A DNA stretch of 64,000 bases, from assembly GCA_016934745.1 (NCBI GenBank), contig JAFGSF010000005.1, positions 39,829 through 103,828 of the forward strand, read 5' to 3'. Made by a program: the position numbers and the translations under genes. Of the stretch, positions 25,678-35,014 are shown piece after piece. How positions within the stretch are numbered: position 1 is the first letter of the stretch; every line of letters begins with the position of its first letter. Origin of the DNA: Candidatus Aminicenantes bacterium. Its GTDB lineage: Bacteria; Acidobacteriota; Aminicenantia; UBA2199. The notes beneath the pieces were generated by a model. It searched no databases, was not told the origin of the DNA, and was given only the letters and a program-made list of their open reading frames with translations.

Positions 25678-27480
25678 ATGGCTGAAGAAAATTCACTGTA
25701 TAGCCATTTCAAACCTTTTATAAAAAGATTTATCCTGGCCATGTTTTTCATGGCCATGGTGGCCGTCTTTACTGCATTCTTCGTCGTAATCATCCAACCC
25801 ATCATCGATGAACTTTTTATCCAGGGCGGTGGACGCCTGGCCTCAAAAAGCAAAATCATCCGCAACTTGATTATGAGGCTGCTCGGGGTCAAGGAAAGTC
25901 AATTGGTGCTGGTTCTGCCACAACTTCTTTTTCTGGCTTTCTTGGGTCAAGCAGTATTCTCTTTCTTGTCTCTCTACATGATGAAAACATTGGGATTGAA
26001 AGTTGTACGCAATATCCGCGATAAGCTGTACCGCAATCTGATCCATCAATCCATCGAATTTCTAAGCAAATCCAAAACCGGCGACCTGGTCTCACGCGTT
26101 TCCAACGATATCGAAAAAATCAAATTGGCCGTGGCTGAAACACTTTCCGTGTATATCAGGGAAAGCCTGACCCTTATCCTGCTGCTGACCGTTATTTTTT
26201 ACCAGGACTGGGCAATGGCCTTCATTTCGCTAGTCCTGATTCCCATTGCCGCCGTACCCCTGATTTATTTCGGCCGCAAGGTAAAAAAACGCGGCATTCA
26301 ATCCCAGGAAACCATCGGCGAACTGGCCAATTTCATGAGTGAATCGGCCCAGGGCAATAAAATAGTCAAGGCCTACAATATGGAAGAATTTGAGATCAAT
26401 AAATTCCGCCAGCTTAACCATAAGCATTTCCGCATCAATGCCAAGATTGCGTTGGCTTACTCACTGGCAGCCCCAATCATGGATGTCATCGGCGGGCTGG
26501 TGGCGGCTGGGCTTTTTACCATTGGCATGCATCGTATCTCAACGAACACCCTATCACCCGGTCAATTCATTTCTTTCCTGACCGCCCTGTTCATGATGTA
26601 CAGCCCGATCAAAAGGCTTTCCATGGCCCACAATGATTACCAGCAGGGAAAGGCCGGGTATGCGCGCGTCCGCCAGATCATCAACACCGAAAATCCGATC
26701 CGGGACAGAGCATCGGCCATTGAAATTAAAAATATTCGCGGCGAAGTGGATTTCAGAAATGTTTCGTTCGCGTACCAGCCCGGCGTGCCGGTTTTAAAAA
26801 ACATCTCTTTCAGCGCCAAAGCCAACGAACTGGTCGCACTGGTCGGGGCCAGCGGATCCGGAAAAACCACTATCATGAATATCCTGCTGCGCTTCTACGA
26901 ACCCGAAAAAGGCGAAATATTAATTGACGGCAAGGATATTCGTTCCATCACCCTGAAATCGCTCAGGGAACTGATCGGCCTGGTGACCCAGGACGTTTTC
27001 CTTTTTAACGATACGATCCAAAACAACATCGCCTACGGGCGGAAGAAGTTCAAACTGGACGATATACATCACGCCGCCGTCGTGGCCCGCGCCGCCGGCT
27101 TCATCAGCGAACTGCCGCTTCAATACGAAACCGTGGTCGGAGAACGAGGAATATTCTTGTCCAACGGCCAAAGGCAACGTATTTCAATCGCCAGGGCGAT
27201 CCTGAAAAAGCCGCAAATTCTAATTTTTGATGAAGCCACGTCATCGCTGGATTCGGAATCGGAAAAATTGATTCAGGAAGCCATGGCTGACGTGATGAAA
27301 GACCGGACCACCTTTGTCATCGCCCATCGCCTGAGCACCATCATCGAGGCCGACCGCATCCTGGTCATTGAAAACGGCGAAATCAAGGAGACTGGCAACC
27401 ACCGCGAACTGTTAAAAAAAAGAGGACTCTACTACTCACTATACAATTTGCAATTCCCGGAAATGAATATTATAATGTGA
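25678..27480 (+). CDS. ABC exporter, fused permease/ATPase (MsbA/lipid A flippase-like)
   Basis: 6-TM N-terminus; Walker A 'GASGSGKTT', signature 'LSNGQRQRISIAR', Walker B 'ILIFDEATS'. Confidence 0.85.
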   Translation: MAEENSLYSHFKPFIKRFILAMFFMAMVAVFTAFFVVIIQPIIDELFIQGGGRLASKSKIIRNLIMRLLGVKESQLVLVLPQLLFLAFLGQAVFSFLSLYMMKTLGLKVVRNIRDKLYRNLIHQSIEFLSKSKTGDLVSRVSNDIEKIKLAVAETLSVYIRESLTLILLLTVIFYQDWAMAFISLVLIPIAAVPLIYFGRKVKKRGIQSQETIGELANFMSESAQGNKIVKAYNMEEFEINKFRQLNHKHFRINAKIALAYSLAAPIMDVIGGLVAAGLFTIGMHRISTNTLSPGQFISFLTALFMMYSPIKRLSMAHNDYQQGKAGYARVRQIINTENPIRDRASAIEIKNIRGEVDFRNVSFAYQPGVPVLKNISFSAKANELVALVGASGSGKTTIMNILLRFYEPEKGEILIDGKDIRSITLKSLRELIGLVTQDVFLFNDTIQNNIAYGRKKFKLDDIHHAAVVARAAGFISELPLQYETVVGERGIFLSNGQRQRISIARAILKKPQILIFDEATSSLDSESEKLIQEAMADVMKDRTTFVIAHRLSTIIEADRILVIENGEIKETGNHRELLKKRGLYYSLYNLQFPEMNIIM

Positions 27481-27483
27481 TCC

Positions 27484-28368
27484 ATGAAAAGCATGACTGG
27501 ATTTGCACAGGGGAGATTCGACTTCAATGATTTTTCATTGTTTATCTCTTTCAAATCCTATAACAACCGCTACCTGGAAATCAATTTCAAAGGCAACGGC
27601 ATCTCGGCAATCAGTGAAAAAATCATCAAGGAACTGATCAAGGGAAAACTCCAGCGCGGCAAAATCGAAATTGTATTTGACCTGTATCAGAATAACCAGA
27701 AAAACTGGAGCATCCGCTTGAACAGCGCCTTGCTTGAGGAAATTATAAACAAAATCACACCTTTGCAGAATAAATTCGGCCAGAACCTGACCATCTCATT
27801 GGATTCTCTGCTCAAGCTCCCCATGATTTTTCACCTGGACTACAATCTCGACCGTCTCAGTCGGAAAAACCGGGCTGACATCCAAAAATCAATTACCAAA
27901 GTATTTACGGATTTCCTGGCCAGCCGCAGCCTGGAAGGCATGTTCATTGGCAGGGACTTGTTTAAAGGCATTGCTTTGATCGACAAACATATGAAAATAA
28001 TCGTCAGCCAAGAAAAAAATTATGAAAAAAACATGTTCCAGAATTATCGCAATAAAATCGCCAAATACGTCAATGGTTTGCATATCGATGAAAAACGAAT
28101 TGCCCAGGAAGCCGCCATCACTGCTGAAAAAGCCTCTATCGCCGAGGAAATCAACCGCCTAAAAACCCACAGTCAAAGGTTGAAGGCATTGCTGCGAAAC
28201 AAAACACTCAACACCATCGGACGTGAAGCCGATTTTCTTTCCCAGGAAATGCAGCGCGAAACCCATACCATTGCCGCCAAAGCCAATTGCCTGGACATTC
28301 ACCAGCATATACTTATTGTCCGCCGCGAGATCGAAAAGATCCGTCAGCAGGTGCAAAATATCGAATAA
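27484..28368 (+). CDS. yicC: YicC/YloC family protein (UPF0701; stress-induced endoribonuclease family)
   Basis: 'MKSMTGFAQGR...SFKSYNNRYLEINFK...LQRGKIEI' matches the YicC N-terminus. Confidence 0.75.
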   Translation: MKSMTGFAQGRFDFNDFSLFISFKSYNNRYLEINFKGNGISAISEKIIKELIKGKLQRGKIEIVFDLYQNNQKNWSIRLNSALLEEIINKITPLQNKFGQNLTISLDSLLKLPMIFHLDYNLDRLSRKNRADIQKSITKVFTDFLASRSLEGMFIGRDLFKGIALIDKHMKIIVSQEKNYEKNMFQNYRNKIAKYVNGLHIDEKRIAQEAAITAEKASIAEEINRLKTHSQRLKALLRNKTLNTIGREADFLSQEMQRETHTIAAKANCLDIHQHILIVRREIEKIRQQVQNIE

Positions 28369-28378
28369 AGCACCACGC

Positions 28379-28984
28379 ATGCATAACATCATCATCATCT
28401 CGGGTCCGTCCGGTTGCGGAAAATCGACCATGATCCATAAACTGCTGGCTAAATATCCCGAACTTAATTTTTCCGTTTCCCACACGACCAGACCGCCGCG
28501 TTCAGTCGAAATTCACGGTCTTGATTACTATTTTGTCAGCCAGGCTGTTTTTGTAAAAATGAAGAAAAAAAGTGAATTTGCCGAATGGGCCGAGGTACAT
28601 GGTCATTATTATGGCACCAGCCGGCGTGAAATTCTCAAGAAATCGACTAAAAACCGGACACTGGTCCTGGACCTTGACGTGCAGGGAGCCCGCAACATCA
28701 AAAGGCAGTTTCCAGAGGCCATGACGATCTTCGTGATCCCGCCTTCACTGCACGAATTGAAAAAGCGCCTGCGCAACCGTGAAAAGAATTGGAACCAAGA
28801 CATAGCGCTGAGATTGCAAACAGCTCTGGACGAATTGAACGAACATGAATTGTATGAGTATGTGATTGTTAACCGCGATCTAGGTCAGGCGTTCAGCGAA
28901 CTGTGCTGCCTATATGTCGCTTTTTGCCTGCAAATGAATCGCCACGAGGATAAAATTAAAAAACTGATTCGAGGTCAAAAATGA
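28379..28984 (+). CDS. gmk: Guanylate kinase
   Basis: 'IIISGPSGCGKST' P-loop, 'VSHTTRPPR', 'YYGTSR'. Start is the internal ATG; the 5' extension of the table ORF overlaps yicC. Confidence 0.9.
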   Translation: MHNIIIISGPSGCGKSTMIHKLLAKYPELNFSVSHTTRPPRSVEIHGLDYYFVSQAVFVKMKKKSEFAEWAEVHGHYYGTSRREILKKSTKNRTLVLDLDVQGARNIKRQFPEAMTIFVIPPSLHELKKRLRNREKNWNQDIALRLQTALDELNEHELYEYVIVNRDLGQAFSELCCLYVAFCLQMNRHEDKIKKLIRGQK

Positions 28985-29511
28985 AGCTTATTCTGGGTGT
29001 CAGCGGCTCGATCGGTGCTTACAAAGCCGTTGATATCATGCGCTTATTTCAAAAAAACAATCACTCCGTAACGGTAGTCATGACCTGGGCGGCGACGCAA
29101 ATTGTACCGCCGTTGACTTTTTCGGCATTTGCGCCGGGAAAAGTATTTCATGACATGTTCTCAAAAAACCAGGATTCTCTACTGCACATCAATTTATGTA
29201 ATGAAAACGATCTGCTGCTTGTGGCTCCGGCCACCGCCAACATCATCGGCAAAATGGCCAACGGCATAGCCGATGATTTGCTGTCCACCCTGTTATGCGC
29301 GTTCTACAAGCGTGTGGTCGTAGCTCCCGCCATGAATGTCCACATGCTAGAAAATAAGGCAGTAATGGAAAATATCGTTCGCTTGCAAAGCCGGGGCATT
29401 GACATCATTGAACCCGCCGAAGGATTACTGGCCAATCGCGAATCAGGCAAAGGAAGATTGCCCACGGCAGATGTTATTTACCGCCACTGCATCGATACAG
29501 CCGGTGTTTAA
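28981..29511 (+). CDS. coaC: Phosphopantothenoylcysteine decarboxylase (flavoprotein, CoaC domain as a separate ORF)
   Basis: 'MKLILGVSGSIGAYKA', 'PAMNVHM'; ATGA overlap with gmk. Confidence 0.8.
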   Translation: MKLILGVSGSIGAYKAVDIMRLFQKNNHSVTVVMTWAATQIVPPLTFSAFAPGKVFHDMFSKNQDSLLHINLCNENDLLLVAPATANIIGKMANGIADDLLSTLLCAFYKRVVVAPAMNVHMLENKAVMENIVRLQSRGIDIIEPAEGLLANRESGKGRLPTADVIYRHCIDTAGV

Positions 29512-30148
29512 TAAAGTAATTATCACTTCCGGACCGACCCTGGAACCGATAGACCCCATTCGATTCATTTCCAACCGATCCTCGGGAAAAACCGGCTTTC
29601 ACCTGGCCAATGAAGCCAGAAAAAGAGGAATCGCTCAAATCGTGTTCATCACTGGACCGACCTGTTTTCTGCCATCGGAAGTGAACCTGATCCAGGTGGA
29701 AACGGCCCGGGACATGCAGGCCGCCATCAATGAACATTTCACCCAGGCCGATGTAGTCATTATGGCAGCAGCCGTCTGTGACTACAGCAGTGCTGAATAT
29801 TTCCCGAATAAGTTGAAAAAAAACAATGATCCACTCACCCTAAAAATGGTCAAAACCCCGGACATCCTCGCGGAGCTGGGCCGAAACAAAAAAAAAAATC
29901 AGATCCTGGTCGGGTTTGCCGCTGAAACCGAAAATATTCTTCTCAACGCCAAAAATAAATTATCAAATAAAAACCTCGACCTTCTGGTTTTAAATGAAAT
30001 TTCGCTAAGTAATCCGGCCTTTGGCAGTGAAGAAAATCAGGTGTTTTTATTACGACCCGACGGAATCAAAAAAATGAATAAAATGGACAAGGCCCGTGTG
30101 GCTGCGCTTGTTTGGGACGAAATTCGTGACTTGTCCGGACAGCTTTAA
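29504..30148 (+). CDS. coaB: Phosphopantothenate--cysteine ligase (CoaB domain as a separate ORF)
   Basis: 'KVIITSGPTLEPIDPIRFISNRSSGKTG' in a different frame from coaC. Candidate GTG start at 29504 overlaps the coaC stop. Alternatively this is a frameshifted coaBC. Confidence 0.65.
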   Translation: MFNKVIITSGPTLEPIDPIRFISNRSSGKTGFHLANEARKRGIAQIVFITGPTCFLPSEVNLIQVETARDMQAAINEHFTQADVVIMAAAVCDYSSAEYFPNKLKKNNDPLTLKMVKTPDILAELGRNKKKNQILVGFAAETENILLNAKNKLSNKNLDLLVLNEISLSNPAFGSEENQVFLLRPDGIKKMNKMDKARVAALVWDEIRDLSGQL

Positions 30149-30165
30149 AATAGTATGCTGTTTCC

Positions 30166-30819
30166 ATGAACGAATTAAAGGAAATATTGATTTTTTTCAA
30201 CGAAATGGGGGCTGAATTCCTCCATGTGCCTGAAAAAAACCCGCGTGCTGATCTGGCCGAATTGAATCGCTCCATATTGCAATGTCGGCAATGCCGACTC
30301 CATGAAAGCAAGACCCATTACGTTCCGGGTGAAGGCAGCCTCCAACCGGATATTTTTTTCATTGGCGAAGGTCCCGGGCAGACCGAAGATCAATTCGGGC
30401 GGCCTTTCATCGGCAATGCCGGACAATTGCTGGATAAAATTATTGATAAAATGGGCTACCGCCGTGAAGATGTTTTTATAGGCAACGTGGTCAAATGCCG
30501 GCCCCCCAATAATCGCGAGCCTTTGGCAGATGAAGTCGAAGCCTGCCTGCCCTTTCTGCACCGCCAAATTGAATTGCTCGCGCCCAAAGTAATCGTCTGC
30601 CTTGGCAGAGTCGCCCTAAACAAGCTGCTGGGAACCAACCACAGCATGGGCCGCATCCGCGGCCAGTTGCTCAGTTTCAACAACATCCCCCTGATTCCCA
30701 CCTATCACCCTTCTTTCATATTGCATAAAAAAGCCAGGGAAGAAATATCCCAAACCAAACGGGAAGTTTGGCAAGACATGCAGAAAGTACTGGCCATTAT
30801 CGCCAAGCAACGCCAGTGA
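30166..30819 (+). CDS. udg: Uracil-DNA glycosylase, family 4 (4Fe-4S type)
   Basis: 'CRQCRLHESKTHYVPGEGS...IFFIGEGPGQTEDQFGRPFIGNAGQLL'. Confidence 0.85.
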   Translation: MNELKEILIFFNEMGAEFLHVPEKNPRADLAELNRSILQCRQCRLHESKTHYVPGEGSLQPDIFFIGEGPGQTEDQFGRPFIGNAGQLLDKIIDKMGYRREDVFIGNVVKCRPPNNREPLADEVEACLPFLHRQIELLAPKVIVCLGRVALNKLLGTNHSMGRIRGQLLSFNNIPLIPTYHPSFILHKKAREEISQTKREVWQDMQKVLAIIAKQRQ

Positions 30820-32696
30820 AAATCAGTGTTTCACTTTCATACAATATTTTTGAACCCCTGACCTATCACGTCAAAAGCGCAGCACTTTCATTGAAGACGG
30901 GGATGCGAGTTCTGGTACCGCTGGCAAACAGGATCGTATCAGGTTGGATCATGAATCTGGACTCTCCCTATTCAGGTAGTCTTAAAAATATAGTCGGTAT
31001 AATCGATGATCCATTCCGTCCCGATGAAAGTTTCTTTGCATTCGCCCGCCAAGTCTCCACCGCCTATTTCACTTCAGTAGGTGTTATTCTGGATCATTCC
31101 CTGCCGGCGAGCAAAAAAAATTTAAAAAACCTTTACTTTGAACTGGCTGGTCAAACGAGCAAGATCGGTGATTTCAGTCCGGAACAATTGAAAGAGATGG
31201 CTGCGAAAATTCCGTTGCGCTTTTTTTTTAAAAAAACTGTTGCGCAGCAGACGGACGTCGTTAAAACCGACTCCGACGGCGCCATTCAGACAGATCGCCT
31301 GCTCCTGGCTCCTGACCGGGAACAGGATTATCGAAAAATCAGCCAGGCGGTGATGGCCGGCGGTCAAAGTGTTTTGCTCTTGGTTCCCGACAACGCCAGC
31401 GCCCGCTTCTGGAAAAAAGTCTGGCCGGAAATGGATATTTTCAACTCGGAAACCCGACCGAAGTCAAGAGAAAGTATTTGGTCGCAATATCAGCTTGGAA
31501 AAATCGGAGTCGTATGCGGCGGTCTTTCGGCAGCTTTGCTGCCCATGACCAACTTGGGAATTTTGATCGTTGACCGCGCATCCTCCCCCCTGTACCATCG
31601 AACATTCCATTCTCCTTTTAAGACCGATCATCTGGCCCTGCTGAGGGCCCGTTCCGCTTGTGTCCCACTGCTGCTGGGAGCCGTAACCCATTCATGCAGC
31701 ACCTTCAACCGGAAAAAGAACATGACGATTGAGGATCGTCGCCGGGAGCGCAACTTGTCTTTTCAGGTGCATATGTTGAAGGGCAGGGACCGGGGTATAC
31801 CGGAAGCCATCGTTCAATTGATCAATCAAAATTTCCTACAAAAAAAGAAAACGCTGGTTCTGGTAAACAAGATCGAACCATATCGGAACCTGTTCTGCTC
31901 CACGTGTGGCAAAATCACGGCCTGCCCAACTTGTGGCGGTATCCTGCATATCGCCGAACCCCGACTGGCGACATGTCGCCGCTGCAGTTTTCACCAGGAA
32001 AACCTGGCCGCCTGCCCTCGCTGCCAAAGCAACCTCACCCTGCTCCATGACGTCAGTTTACACTCGCTGGCCCGGGCCATCGAACGAACCGTCAGTGAAA
32101 AGTCCGTCTTAACACTTAGCGCATCCGACCTGAAAGACGTGGAACGGGTGATTTCCGCCGTCCAAACCAGCGCGGTGGTCATCGCTACTCCGGCCGTCCT
32201 CAATCCTATTTTCAAGGAAACATTCGCTGCCGTCATTTACATTAAACCCGAATCGTTTTTCGGCATGGATGAGTTCAATTCGGGGGAAATGATCTTCACC
32301 ACCAGCGCCGAGATCATGGAAACCCTTGAAGCGCAAGGCGAATTGCATGTTTTCTCGGTTTTTCATTTTCATTACGCGTTACAGTTTCTCATGGATGAAA
32401 ATAAATTTTTCGAACGGGAACTGAAGTACAGGCAATGGTTCATGCTGCCGCCTTTCAGCAATGTCTACCAACTGGAGATACACAGCGTCACCCTTCGTTC
32501 ACTGGCCGTCCGCATGCGCGATCTATATAAAAAATATAGAAGCGCATTGCAGATCAAGAAGATTTACCTGGTGTCACGACAGCCGCTGCGCGGTGTCTAT
32601 AGCGGCATACTCGAGCTGCATGCTCCGGCTGATAAAATCATCGAAACGGGATTGCATCAAATTAAGAAAAGTACACTCAGCCTATTGGCTGGCTAA
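30816..32696 (+). CDS. priA: Primosomal protein N' (PriA)-like protein with degenerate helicase ATPase motifs
   Basis: N-terminus 'GMRVLVPLANRIVSGWI' (3'-DNA-binding domain). Four CxxC motifs: 'CSTCGKITACPTCG...CRRCSF...CPRCQS'. 'LLLAPDREQD' replaces Walker A and 'LIVDRAS' replaces DExH. GTG start overlaps the udg stop (GTGA). Confidence 0.7.
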   Translation: MKISVSLSYNIFEPLTYHVKSAALSLKTGMRVLVPLANRIVSGWIMNLDSPYSGSLKNIVGIIDDPFRPDESFFAFARQVSTAYFTSVGVILDHSLPASKKNLKNLYFELAGQTSKIGDFSPEQLKEMAAKIPLRFFFKKTVAQQTDVVKTDSDGAIQTDRLLLAPDREQDYRKISQAVMAGGQSVLLLVPDNASARFWKKVWPEMDIFNSETRPKSRESIWSQYQLGKIGVVCGGLSAALLPMTNLGILIVDRASSPLYHRTFHSPFKTDHLALLRARSACVPLLLGAVTHSCSTFNRKKNMTIEDRRRERNLSFQVHMLKGRDRGIPEAIVQLINQNFLQKKKTLVLVNKIEPYRNLFCSTCGKITACPTCGGILHIAEPRLATCRRCSFHQENLAACPRCQSNLTLLHDVSLHSLARAIERTVSEKSVLTLSASDLKDVERVISAVQTSAVVIATPAVLNPIFKETFAAVIYIKPESFFGMDEFNSGEMIFTTSAEIMETLEAQGELHVFSVFHFHYALQFLMDENKFFERELKYRQWFMLPPFSNVYQLEIHSVTLRSLAVRMRDLYKKYRSALQIKKIYLVSRQPLRGVYSGILELHAPADKIIETGLHQIKKSTLSLLAG

Positions 32697-32765
32697 AACG
32701 GCAGGAACCAATGGGCGTCAACATTCGTATAAGCCAACAATGAATGATTTTGCCAAGGAGACATC

Positions 32766-33677
32766 ATGAATCAACAGGCATTAGCACTGCAGAACCTAGT
32801 AAAGGATTTTGACGGCAAAAGAGCCGTGGACCGGATTTCCTTCACGGCCCGAAAGGGAGAAATCTTGGGCCTGCTCGGGCCGAACGGGGCAGGAAAAACC
32901 ACGACCATCCGCATGATCATGAATATCATCGCCCCGGACCAGGGAACCATTGAAATCCTGGGGCGTCCATTTTCAAATAAAATGAAGGACAACATCGGCT
33001 ATCTCCCGGAAGAAAGGGGCCTGTACCGCAAGATGAAAGTGATGGACGTGCTTATTTTTTTAGGTGAATTGAAAGGTTTGGCGGCAGAAACGATTCGTGA
33101 GCGCGGCCGCAGACTTCTGAAACAATTCGCACTGGATCCATATGAACATAAAAAAATCGAAGAACTTTCCAAGGGCATGGCGCAAAAATTGCAGATTATC
33201 GCCACCATCCTGCATCAGCCTGAATTGCTCATCCTGGATGAGCCTTTTTCAGGGCTTGATCCGCTCAATATTGAACTGGTCACCGCCATTCTACTTGAAA
33301 AGAAAAAAGAAGGTGTTTCAATCATTCTTTCCACCCATTTAATGGAATACGCTGAAAAAATCGTTGATGCCGTGGTGATGATCAGCCAGGGGCACAAGGT
33401 CTTGGACGGGAAGCTAACTGAAATCAAGGCCCAATACGGCAATAAATTCATCCGCATCGAGTATGAGGGTGACAGCGCCTTCATCGCCGGTCTGGATTAC
33501 GTCCGCGGCTATAAAGACTATGGCCGGGCCATGGAAATCGAACTCAACGACCTGGCCGATAAAAACAGGCTGCTCAAGGAACTCAGCAGCCGCATCTCGC
33601 TCAATGCCTTTCAACTGACCGAGCCTTCCCTGCAGCATATTTTTATACGCAAAGTCAACGAAGGAGCCCCTGCATGA
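32766..33677 (+). CDS. ABC transporter ATP-binding protein (ABC-2/NatA-like)
   Basis: 'GLLGPNGAGKTTTIRM', 'LSKGMAQKLQIIA', 'LILDEPFSGLD'. Confidence 0.85.
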   Translation: MNQQALALQNLVKDFDGKRAVDRISFTARKGEILGLLGPNGAGKTTTIRMIMNIIAPDQGTIEILGRPFSNKMKDNIGYLPEERGLYRKMKVMDVLIFLGELKGLAAETIRERGRRLLKQFALDPYEHKKIEELSKGMAQKLQIIATILHQPELLILDEPFSGLDPLNIELVTAILLEKKKEGVSIILSTHLMEYAEKIVDAVVMISQGHKVLDGKLTEIKAQYGNKFIRIEYEGDSAFIAGLDYVRGYKDYGRAMEIELNDLADKNRLLKELSSRISLNAFQLTEPSLQHIFIRKVNEGAPA

Positions 33678-34993
33678 AACTCATTGCCGTCATTAAAAAA
33701 GAATACCGGGAAATCGTTAAGAAGAAATCGTTCATCATCTCTACGATTCTGACCCCACTGATCATGGCCGCCTTCATGTTCTTGCCGGTCATGCTGATGA
33801 AAATGGGCAAAGGCGAAAAAACCATCCAGGTAGCCGATTATTCGAATTTTATTTTTGCGGCACTGCAGCAGGTCGAGAAATCGCCACATGCCGGGAAAAA
33901 CGTGCTCAAGAAGCAAAAAACCGATTTTAACCGTGATTACTTGGACCATGACTCAACAGGCGAAGGCAGCAAGCTGAAATTCAAAAAAATAATTACCGCC
34001 GGTCTGTCCGCCGAGGATATCCTGAAACATAGCATTGCTTCCATCCGCAAAAAAGAAATAGATGGCTTCCTGATGATTCCGGCAACCATTAAAAAAGACA
34101 GAAAATTATATTATTATTCGGGCAACATTTCCGATTTTGACACCAACAGCTTTATCAAGGCCGCCATCCGCACCGTCGTTTCCAGGCAAATATTGATTGA
34201 AAAACAAATTGATCCCGAAATCGTTAACGAAGCCACCCGCGACATCGACTTTGAAACCATCAAGGTGAAAAAGGAGGGCACCGCCAAATCAAGCGCCGGC
34301 ATCGAATACATGATGTCCCTGTTCATGCTGGCTATTCTTTTTTCCATTTTGATGGGCTATGGACAACTGATCATGCGCGGCGTACTTGAGGAAAAAAACA
34401 GCCGTATCATCGAAATCCTCATTTCATCCACCAATACCCAGCAGATTTTTTATGGAAAGATCATCGGCATCGGCCTGGCCGGTCTGACCCAGGTCGCCAT
34501 CTGGTTTTTATTCGCCATGGCCCTGGTGGGAAAATTTTCGATCGGCCTGGACAGCGGCATCCTTAATTTCCTGACCCTGGAGATCGGTCTGTATTTCATC
34601 GTATTTTTCATGCTGGGTTTTTTCATGTACGCCATCCTTTTTTCCATAGTCGGAGCCGCGGTCAACACCGACCAGGAAGCCCAGCAGTTCGCCGCCCCTA
34701 TTTCTTACCTGTTGATCATTCCCTTCATCATGGGCATCATGGTTACCCAGAGCCCCAATTCTTCCGTGGCAGTGGTTTCCTCGTTCATTCCGCTGTTCAC
34801 TCCCACCCTGATGTTCATGCGCATCACCGTATCACCGCCTCCCCTGCTGCAGATATTGTCATCCATTCTCCTGAGCCTGGTTTTTATCGCTTTTTTAGCA
34901 TGGCTGGGTGCCAAAATATTCCGCGTCGGCATACTGATGTACGGAAAAAAACCGTCGTTGAAAGAGATTTTTCGCTGGATCAGATACAAATAG
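33674..34993 (+). CDS. ABC-2 family permease (NatB-like)
   Basis: N-terminal TM, large extracytoplasmic loop, five C-terminal TM segments; 4-nt overlap with the ATPase gene. Confidence 0.75.
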   Translation: MKLIAVIKKEYREIVKKKSFIISTILTPLIMAAFMFLPVMLMKMGKGEKTIQVADYSNFIFAALQQVEKSPHAGKNVLKKQKTDFNRDYLDHDSTGEGSKLKFKKIITAGLSAEDILKHSIASIRKKEIDGFLMIPATIKKDRKLYYYSGNISDFDTNSFIKAAIRTVVSRQILIEKQIDPEIVNEATRDIDFETIKVKKEGTAKSSAGIEYMMSLFMLAILFSILMGYGQLIMRGVLEEKNSRIIEILISSTNTQQIFYGKIIGIGLAGLTQVAIWFLFAMALVGKFSIGLDSGILNFLTLEIGLYFIVFFMLGFFMYAILFSIVGAAVNTDQEAQQFAAPISYLLIIPFIMGIMVTQSPNSSVAVVSSFIPLFTPTLMFMRITVSPPPLLQILSSILLSLVFIAFLAWLGAKIFRVGILMYGKKPSLKEIFRWIRYK

Positions 34994-35014
34994 AGTTTTT
35001 ATTGCGGATGACGT

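Noticed and set aside
29399-29503. 5' extension of the coaB ORF overlapping coaC by >100 nt
   Set aside because: The extension encodes no CoaB-like sequence. The GTG at 29504 or a frameshift explains it better.
30768-30815. ATG start of the priA ORF overlapping udg by 50 nt
   Set aside because: The conserved PriA N-terminus begins at the GTG 30816, which overlaps the udg stop as GTGA. The upstream residues are unconserved.
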